Shown: one piece after another, positions 57,336 to 64,000 of the stretch
Position numbering within the stretch: the first letter of the stretch is position 1
Layout of the letters: each line of letters begins with the position of its first letter
Assembly (NCBI GenBank): GCA_016186325.1
Contig: JACPLW010000001.1
Coordinates: forward strand, 187 to 64,186
Direction: 5' to 3'
Source: Parcubacteria group bacterium
Lineage (GTDB): Bacteria; Patescibacteriota; Minisyncoccia; UBA10092
DNA: 64,000 bases
Notes under the pieces: generated by a model
Databases searched by the model: none
Seen by the model: only the letters and a program-made list of their open reading frames with translations
What the model was told of the DNA's origin: nothing
Program-made: the position numbers and the translations under genes

Positions 57336-58409
57336 ATGGTAAAAAACATGCAGAAAAGTAAAAAAATAAAAATCAAATTATTCCAGCCGTATGTTTCTCC
57401 GCTGGCCAGAAAAATGGTCCAAAAAGTTTTATCGGGAATCTGGATAGCCGAGGGCCCGATGGTAAAAGAATTTGAAAAAGAATTTGCCAAAAAATTCAAT
57501 CTGAAAAACGTTGCGGCAGTTAACTCCGGCACCAGCGCCTTAGAGCTGGCTTACGAACTCGCGGATATCAAATCGGGCGATGAGGTAATCACACCGGTTT
57601 TAACTTGCGTGATTACCAATGTTCCTTTGGTAAGGCGGGGAGCGAAAATAATTTTTGCCGATATAGATTACGATTTGAATATGAGTATTGAAGATGTCAA
57701 GAAAAAAATAACCCCAAGAACCAAGGCGATAGTTTTTATGCATTTCGGAGGAAATAACCGCGGGCTGAAAGAATTGATTAAAATATGCAAAGAACGGAAG
57801 ATTTGCCTCATTGAAGACGCCGCCCAAGCGGTCGGTTCCGATTTTTGGGGGAAGGCTGATTTTACCGCCGTCTCGCTTCAAGCGATTAAAATGATAACTT
57901 CCGGGGACGGAGGATTTTTGATATGTAAAAATAAAAAAGATTGCGACAAGGCCAAGCGGCTGCGCTGGTTCGGATATGACAGGGACAAAAGAGCAAAACT
58001 GGGAGATATTGATTTAAAAGAAGCCGGATACAAATATCAAATGTGCGATGTCGCGGCTTCTATAGGTTTGGGCAATTTGTTGTCTATTGATCCTGTTCTA
58101 GCCCATGGAAAACGCCTACAAAAAATTTATAAAAAATACGGACTGAAACCCCATGCCTGGGTATCGGTGGGTTTCACTGATAATTATAAAAAATTAAAAG
58201 AACTTTACGGCCGGGAGGGGATAGAAATAGGAAAAAATCATTTTCGTAACGATAAATACACTTTGTTCAAAAAATTTAGAACCCCTTTACCAATAATGAA
58301 CGAATTAGAGCATAGGTATTTTATTGTGCCAAGCCACTATGCGGTACCGGAAAAAATTGCCCATAAAATCGGCCGGATTTTTGTGAACAGTAAATTAAAT
58401 TTAAAATGA
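57336..58409 (+). CDS. DegT/DnrJ/EryC1/StrS sugar aminotransferase
   Basis: VNSGTSAL, GDEVITP, IEDAAQA, SLQAIKMITSGDGG. Confidence 0.92.
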   Translation: MVKNMQKSKKIKIKLFQPYVSPLARKMVQKVLSGIWIAEGPMVKEFEKEFAKKFNLKNVAAVNSGTSALELAYELADIKSGDEVITPVLTCVITNVPLVRRGAKIIFADIDYDLNMSIEDVKKKITPRTKAIVFMHFGGNNRGLKELIKICKERKICLIEDAAQAVGSDFWGKADFTAVSLQAIKMITSGDGGFLICKNKKDCDKAKRLRWFGYDRDKRAKLGDIDLKEAGYKYQMCDVAASIGLGNLLSIDPVLAHGKRLQKIYKKYGLKPHAWVSVGFTDNYKKLKELYGREGIEIGKNHFRNDKYTLFKKFRTPLPIMNELEHRYFIVPSHYAVPEKIAHKIGRIFVNSKLNLK

Positions 58410-58410
58410 A

Positions 58411-59004
58411 ATGACTGATTTAAATAATGAAAATCCGCCATGGTATTCCTCGTATGAGAAAAATAATTACGGAGATTTGTTTTACGCGCTGATGCGCATT
58501 TATAAACCCAAGAAAGTTGTTGAATTGGGTACTAAAGCTGGATACAGCGCTTACCATATAGCAAGGGGGCTTAAGGATAATAGAAGAGGCACTCTGGACT
58601 GTTATGACTTGTGGGAGAGGTATGAATTTAAATCGGTACCTAAATCGGTTGCCGAGAAAAATTTAAAAAAATTTAAAGATATCATAAAACTTAAACAGCG
58701 CGACGCGATTGGAGTAAATAAGTTATATAAAAAAATTGATATTTTACATGTTGATGTCAGTAATGAGGGCGGAATTTTAGAAAAAATAATACCGAACTAG
58801 ATAGATAAGACACGCCAGCTTATAATTATTGAAGGCGGCTCACTAGAACGCGACAAGGTTGAGTGGATGATAAAATATAAAAAGATACCGATAAGAAAAT
58901 GGCTTAAAAATTTCGCTGACAAGAATGGAGATATTGAATATTTGATGATAGAACCGTTTCCTTCCATAACTATTATCTGCAAATTAAAAATTAAGGACGT
59001 CTGA
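58411..59004 (+). pseudogene. Methyltransferase interrupted by an in-frame TAG (58798-58800)
   Basis: VVELGTKAGYS, ILHVDVSN; the frame stays open after TAG (IDK..IIIEGGS..EPFPSITI) to TGA at 59004. Confidence 0.75.
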
Positions 59005-59016
59005 CGTCCTTAGATT

Positions 59017-60141
59017 ATGAATAAAATTATTACAAATCAAGAAAAGAACGCCCCGATTTCTAACGGGGTGAAATTAAATTTAGGTTGCGGTAAAGAGCAT
59101 AAAGAGGGATATATCAATATTGATATTCAAGAACCTTGCGATTTGAGGCATGATTTAAGAACCCCTTGGCCGTTTGACGACGGTTCGGTTGATGAAATAT
59201 TCACCGAAGATACTGTCCGCATTTTTTCGCTCAAAGAATGGGAGAAGGTTAAAAAAGAGATGGCCAGGGTTTTAAAACCCGGCGGCAAGCTGGAGATTAT
59301 CTTCCCGGACTTTGAATACATACTTAATGCTTTTTTAAAAAATGAAGACGGAAGAAGATGGAGTTGGTGGTGGCGGGTAATCTTTGGCTCTCAAGAGAAC
59401 GACGAATACCGTGATATTTGCAAAAACAGTTTTACTTATAAAAAATTATTGGCCGAGTTATTTAAGAAAGGGATGATAAACTTTAAAAAACAGCGATTAG
59501 AAGAACAACCGGGCTATATCCATTTAACTTGTCATAAACAGCCAGTTGACTATAAGATGCCGCATTCCCTAAGAGTTTTAATCGGAGTGCCAATTCATAT
59601 AAATTATCCTATAGAAAAATGCTTGGGATATATCTCTAAATTGAAATACCGGGCAGACCTTTTAATGGTAGATACTTCCTCTGGCCTTGGCTATCTGGAG
59701 AAAGTGAATGGGTACTGCGCTAAATACGGGATAAAGAATTATAAGATAGAACATTTGGAAATTAATCAAGAACAAGGAGAGGATGAAAGAATCGGCCGCT
59801 CAAGGGAGATAATCCGGCAATATGTTCTTTCCCATAATTACGACGCATGGTTTTCCGTTGAATATGACAACATCCTGCCGGCTAATGCCTTGGACAAACT
59901 GGTCGGGTTGATGGAAGAAGGCAATTTTATGATGGTATTCGTCCCCGCATTGGCAAATAAAATTCTTTGTGAACCCACTACTAATTTTGGTTGCGCTTTA
60001 ATCAGGCGGGAATGCTTTGAAAAGCATGGTTTTTTGTCTGAATATGATGCGATCAAATGTTGGCATGGAGTGGAGGTTTTTTTCAAAAAACGTTTCATTA
60101 AAAGCAGAAACTATTCCGACGATATTTACGAAATGGTTTAA
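59017..60141 (+). CDS. Methyltransferase plus GT-like (IGxPIH family) fusion
   Basis: KLNLGCG..GYINID, RVLKPGG; then LIGVPIH..SREIIRQ..VEYD. Confidence 0.75.
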   Translation: MNKIITNQEKNAPISNGVKLNLGCGKEHKEGYINIDIQEPCDLRHDLRTPWPFDDGSVDEIFTEDTVRIFSLKEWEKVKKEMARVLKPGGKLEIIFPDFEYILNAFLKNEDGRRWSWWWRVIFGSQENDEYRDICKNSFTYKKLLAELFKKGMINFKKQRLEEQPGYIHLTCHKQPVDYKMPHSLRVLIGVPIHINYPIEKCLGYISKLKYRADLLMVDTSSGLGYLEKVNGYCAKYGIKNYKIEHLEINQEQGEDERIGRSREIIRQYVLSHNYDAWFSVEYDNILPANALDKLVGLMEEGNFMMVFVPALANKILCEPTTNFGCALIRRECFEKHGFLSEYDAIKCWHGVEVFFKKRFIKSRNYSDDIYEMV

Positions 60142-60187
60142 TTAACATATCGTTACTGATAATTCCTCGGAAATTTTTAAAACGAAA

Positions 60188-60808
60188 ATGAAAATCCTTA
60201 TCGGCACGCCAATCCATATTTGTAAGGACTATTGCATGGAGCGATGGCTCCAAAACGTAGTCGAACTCCGTCTAAAATATCCGGCCGATTTGCTTTTGGT
60301 TGATAATTCCCCAGGGCTTGAATATGTGGAGAAAATGAAGGGGTACTGTGCGAAATATGGAATAAAAAATTATAAGATTGAACACATAGAACTTCCCCAG
60401 GAAAAGGTTTATCACGAAAAAATAGCCCGCTCAAGGGAGATAATCAGACAAGAAATGCTTGCCCATGATTATGATGCTTGGTTTACATGGGAATCCGACC
60501 AGCTCATACCAACCAATACTTTGGGCGAACTGGTTAGGATAATGAAGGGTGGAAATTTTATGATGATTAATCCCAATAACTGGGCAAGGGGGGTTCCCGA
60601 TCAGCCCAATACCGACCACGGCCTTTCTTTAATTAAAAGAGAAGTTCTGGAAAAGCATGGTTTCCTGCTTGAGTTTGGCACCGATCCTGAGATGCCAAAA
60701 AACTGGGACGAAAGCGATGCTTGGTTTAAGAAACGCGTTCTAAGGGATGGAGGCAATTTTATTGAACTTTATGGCGTTATTGAACCAGTTTATCACTTAA
60801 ACGAATAA
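60188..60808 (+). CDS. Putative GT-A-like protein (IGTPIH family)
   Basis: ILIGTPIH, VDNS, SREIIRQ, WESD, GLSLIKREVLEK. Confidence 0.7.
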   Translation: MKILIGTPIHICKDYCMERWLQNVVELRLKYPADLLLVDNSPGLEYVEKMKGYCAKYGIKNYKIEHIELPQEKVYHEKIARSREIIRQEMLAHDYDAWFTWESDQLIPTNTLGELVRIMKGGNFMMINPNNWARGVPDQPNTDHGLSLIKREVLEKHGFLLEFGTDPEMPKNWDESDAWFKKRVLRDGGNFIELYGVIEPVYHLNE

Positions 60809-60811
60809 TTT

Positions 60812-61618
60812 ATGCAACTTGGAATAACCACAATTCAACGCGACAGAGCTCCATGGATAAAAGAATGGGTTGCATTTCATTATTTAGTCGGCTTCAGGAA
60901 ATTTTATATCTATACTCACATGTGCTTGGATAACACGGAAGAGATTCTTAATGGTTTAAAAAATAAATTTGACATTACAATAATTCCGGTGGGGCCAGAG
61001 GTTGAAACGGCCCAAATGACGTCTTATCAGCATTCCTGCGACAATTTCCTGAAAGAAGTGGATTACATGGCGTTCATTGATAGTGATGAATTTTTATTCC
61101 CCACAGCTCATGATTCTATGGAAACTGCGCTGGCTGAATTTAACGATAAAAAAATATCCGCCCTAGGTGTTTATTGGTCGTGTTTTGGAAGCAGTGGATA
61201 TATTGAAGAACCGCCCGGTTTGATTATTGAAAATTATAGACGCAGAGCCGATGGCAATTTTGAGGCCAACCACCATGTAAAAAGCATTGTCCGCGGAAGG
61301 CAAGCCGCCTCATCCGTTCAAGTTGGTGAGAACGCGCATTTATTCAAAACTCCTCTTGGCACATTTGATGAGAATCTAAGGCCGATTACCTGCGGTCTTG
61401 AGATAAACTATGAGCCCACATATGAAAAATTTCGTATTAACCATTATATTTGCCAAAGCCGTTCATATTTTTTAAATTTCAAAAAAATTAACGTGGCGAT
61501 TTTCAAGGAAAGAATTAAACCGGAATCCTGGTGGGAGGAACATGATATAAATGATGTTTTAGACAATTCAACGGACAAATTTATCGGGCCATTAAAAAAT
61601 ATTTTAAATTCCATATGA
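60812..61618 (+). CDS. Glycosyltransferase family 92 / GT2_4-like
   Basis: WIKEWVAFH..GF, FIDSDEF, KSIV, RINHY. Confidence 0.85.
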   Translation: MQLGITTIQRDRAPWIKEWVAFHYLVGFRKFYIYTHMCLDNTEEILNGLKNKFDITIIPVGPEVETAQMTSYQHSCDNFLKEVDYMAFIDSDEFLFPTAHDSMETALAEFNDKKISALGVYWSCFGSSGYIEEPPGLIIENYRRRADGNFEANHHVKSIVRGRQAASSVQVGENAHLFKTPLGTFDENLRPITCGLEINYEPTYEKFRINHYICQSRSYFLNFKKINVAIFKERIKPESWWEEHDINDVLDNSTDKFIGPLKNILNSI

Positions 61619-62301
61619 ATCCCGTTAGAAATAAAAAATCAGAGATTTTTGCCGACACGTCTGAAGCGAGTCGGATTTCTAACGGGATGAAAATCCTCAT
61701 CGGCACGCCAATCCACGAATGCAAGGATTATTGCATGGAAAGATGGCTGGAGAATGTTGCCAAACTTCAGCAACAGACCCCTGCCAATTTATTTTTGGTA
61801 GATAATTCGCCCGGGTTGGATTATGTGGAGAAAATCAAAAATTACTGTGCGAAATATGGAATTACGAATTACAAAATAGAACATTTGGAAATCAATCAGG
61901 CGCAAGGAGCGGACGAGAGGATCGGCCGTTCAAGAGAAATAATCAGGCAGGAAATTCTTTCCCATGATTATGACGCTTGGTTCTCCTGGGAATGCGACCA
62001 AATTATACCGGCGAATGCCTTGGATAAATTGATTGATATAATGAAAATAGGGGATTACGCGATGGTTAGCCACGGTTCATGGTCAAGAAAAAATCCCGGT
62101 AGTCCCGAAAATGATTTAGGATGCGCTTTAATAAAAGGAGTATGCTTAGAAAAATACAGTTTCTTGCTTCAAGAGTACTGGGACCTGACTCGGTCTTGGC
62201 ATGCCGGCGCAAGATGGTTTAAGCATCGTTTACTTAAAGGCGGAGACAATTATATTGAGGTCTATGGAGTAGTCGCTCCCATATACCATTTAAACGAATG
62301 A
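61615..62301 (+). CDS. Putative GT-A-like protein (IGTPIH family); first 24 aa are a palindromic element
   Basis: Paralog of 60188; element at 61621-61686 between ATGAA duplications; paralog-equivalent start at 61687. Confidence 0.7.
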   Translation: MNPVRNKKSEIFADTSEASRISNGMKILIGTPIHECKDYCMERWLENVAKLQQQTPANLFLVDNSPGLDYVEKIKNYCAKYGITNYKIEHLEINQAQGADERIGRSREIIRQEILSHDYDAWFSWECDQIIPANALDKLIDIMKIGDYAMVSHGSWSRKNPGSPENDLGCALIKGVCLEKYSFLLQEYWDLTRSWHAGARWFKHRLLKGGDNYIEVYGVVAPIYHLNE

Positions 62302-62909
62302 AAATACTTATCGGCACACCAATTCATATCTGCAAAGATTATGCTATGGAAAGATGGCTTAAAAGCGTATCCGAGCTTACTTACCCTCACGATTTTATGA
62401 TGGTTGATAATTCGCCTGACGAATCATATCTGGAAACGGTTAAGGGCTATTGCGCAAAATACGGCATCACCAACTATAAGCTGGTACATGTTGACGTTGA
62501 CCAAAAGTTGGGCACTGACGGAAAGTTATCCTTTGCCAGAGAAATAATAAGGCAGGAGATTTTAACAAAAGGATATGATGCCTGGTGTACTTTGGAGTGC
62601 GACATCATTGCTCCGCCAAACGCTCTTGATGAATTAGTCAGATTAATAGCCGATTGCATGGAAATTAATCACTCCTATCCATCCAGAATAAATCCAAAGG
62701 AGATGATGAGCGGTTTCGGGCTGTCTTTAGTTAAAAGAGAAGCGCTTGAGAAATATGAGTTTATCGGCCAGTACGGCGATTGCGACCCGGAGATGCCCGG
62801 TATTTTTCAGGGAGGAGAAAGCTGGTTTATTACAAGGGTTATTAGAAATGGCGGTAGTTGTATTGATGTTTCCGGGGTTATCAAGCCAATTTTTCATCTG
62901 GATAAATAG
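62298..62909 (+). CDS. Putative GT-A-like protein (IGTPIH family)
   Basis: ILIGTPIH, VDNS, LECD, GLSLVKRE. Confidence 0.7.
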   Translation: MKILIGTPIHICKDYAMERWLKSVSELTYPHDFMMVDNSPDESYLETVKGYCAKYGITNYKLVHVDVDQKLGTDGKLSFAREIIRQEILTKGYDAWCTLECDIIAPPNALDELVRLIADCMEINHSYPSRINPKEMMSGFGLSLVKREALEKYEFIGQYGDCDPEMPGIFQGGESWFITRVIRNGGSCIDVSGVIKPIFHLDK

Positions 62910-62922
62910 TTAGCATATAGAT

Positions 62923-64000
62923 ATGTCTCAATATTATTTCACAAACGACGCGCCTACCGGAAACGACCCTTCAACTTGGGGTTGGAAGGGAGCATGGGAT
63001 GACGGCACCACCACTGCGGTTACCAAACGGCTTGGAGAGGCCATTGGAGCGGGGGGCTTTACATCAATAGGCACCGACGAAGGGACGAGTTCTGTTGCTG
63101 ATTTTGATATTGCTCTGGGCCGGTGGGTCTCCGACCCATTAAGTAATGCGGTCTCATTTGCCACCAATGATACCTGGCAGGCAATTTTTGGTGTGAAGGA
63201 ACAAAACCTCGCGGCTAATTTTGTTTCGCATGTTCATATCTGGATTTCCAATGGCGATGCCGACTCGGTCAAGTCAACATTGGTCACCGATGCTATTGCC
63301 AGTGCTACGCCTAATGATGCCGAGGAATGGCCAACAACGGCTTCTGGCACAGGCAACTTGTTTGCTAATAGCACCACCAACGCTCTTGCCGATGGGCTTT
63401 CGGCCGCCGCGGGAGACCGTATCATTGTTGAAGTCGGTTATCGAGCTCTAAATACCATAACCACTTCTTATGCCGGCACGATGTATTATGGCGGCGCTAC
63501 TGGCGCCGATTTGCAAGACGACAATGCGGGAGGCACCAATCCAGGATCAAACCCGGGTTGGATATCGTTTACTACAACTATACCAAGCCCTTCAGAAAGT
63601 CCTTCTGTCAGTCCTTCTTCTTCACCATCACTTAGTCCATCATCTTCCGAATCACCGTCCCTTTCGCCCTCGGCGTCGCTAAGCCCCTCAAGTTCCGTTT
63701 CTCCGTCTGAAGTGCCGCAATCTTCTTCCGAATCACCTTCGCTTTCACCGTCATCATCTGAATCACCGTCGCTAAGCCCTTCAGCATCTTTATCTCCATC
63801 CTCATCCGTTAGTCCTTCACTCTCGCCATCCAGTTCGCAGTCGCCATCGCTTAGTCCATCAGCTTCTCTATCGCCCTCAAGCTCCGCGTCGCCGTCTCTT
63901 AGCCCCTCAAGTTCTGAATCACCGTCACTCTCGCCATCAGCTTCTCTGTCTCCGTCGGCTTCTGAATCGCCATCGCTTTCACCATCGTCTAGCGAATCGC
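62923..64000 (+). CDS. Serine-rich repeat (mucin/SRR-like) protein, partial (runs off the window; absent from ORF track)
   Basis: ATG at 62923, open to 64000: MSQYYFTND.. ~220-aa beta-rich domain, then SPSESPSVSPSSSPSLSPSSSESPSLSPSAS.. from 63586. Confidence 0.9.
   Translation, partial: MSQYYFTNDAPTGNDPSTWGWKGAWDDGTTTAVTKRLGEAIGAGGFTSIGTDEGTSSVADFDIALGRWVSDPLSNAVSFATNDTWQAIFGVKEQNLAANFVSHVHIWISNGDADSVKSTLVTDAIASATPNDAEEWPTTASGTGNLFANSTTNALADGLSAAAGDRIIVEVGYRALNTITTSYAGTMYYGGATGADLQDDNAGGTNPGSNPGWISFTTTIPSPSESPSVSPSSSPSLSPSSSESPSLSPSASLSPSSSVSPSEVPQSSSESPSLSPSSSESPSLSPSASLSPSSSVSPSLSPSSSQSPSLSPSASLSPSSSASPSLSPSSSESPSLSPSASLSPSASESPSLSPSSSES

Noticed and set aside
58798-58800. Alternative genetic code or programmed stop readthrough
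   Set aside because: TAG and TGA terminate conserved genes normally (e.g. secG, tatA, rpsP, pcm); this is a single isolated case.
45758-62909. Ordinary O-antigen/capsule cluster
   Set aside because: No wzx, wzy, wzm/wzt, priming transferase or GT4 enzymes seen, and the GTs appear soluble. Not fully excluded because the island continues past the window.

Overview
AT-rich bacterial chromosome segment. Gene content (secG, groES/EL, rpsP-khpA-trmD, rplJL, mraZ-rsmH-ftsL-ftsI-ddl, recR-dnaB, uppS-cysS, hrcA-grpE-dnaK-dnaJ, a PaaX/Cas2-like gene, cupin PGI, a presenilin-like protease) is most consistent with a Patescibacteria/CPR (Parcubacteria-like) genome using the standard code; this assignment is inference. 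The first ~42 kb is housekeeping DNA containing several families of small palindromic elements. These sit in-frame inside proteins, at start codons and in tRNA anticodon arms, and include a complete tRNA-Glu nested inside another tRNA-Glu. An unannotated, promoter- and terminator-bounded structured RNA with two tRNA-elbow-like modules lies at ~25.9-26.2 kb. After tRNA-Lys (42.2 kb) an accessory island runs to the window end: tatC/tatA, a tiny twin-arginine protein, a surface protein and a phage-fibre-like protein, about 20 glycosyl-/methyl-/amino-transferase and deacetylase genes (four with motifs resembling eukaryotic polypeptide GalNAc-transferases), an inserted AbiEi/AbiEii toxin-antitoxin pair, and a Ser-X repeat (mucin/SRR-like) protein missed by the ORF track. 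Best candidate for an undescribed system: a Tat-linked, mucin-type protein O-glycosylation and export locus. All calls are from reading motifs by eye; no searches were run.
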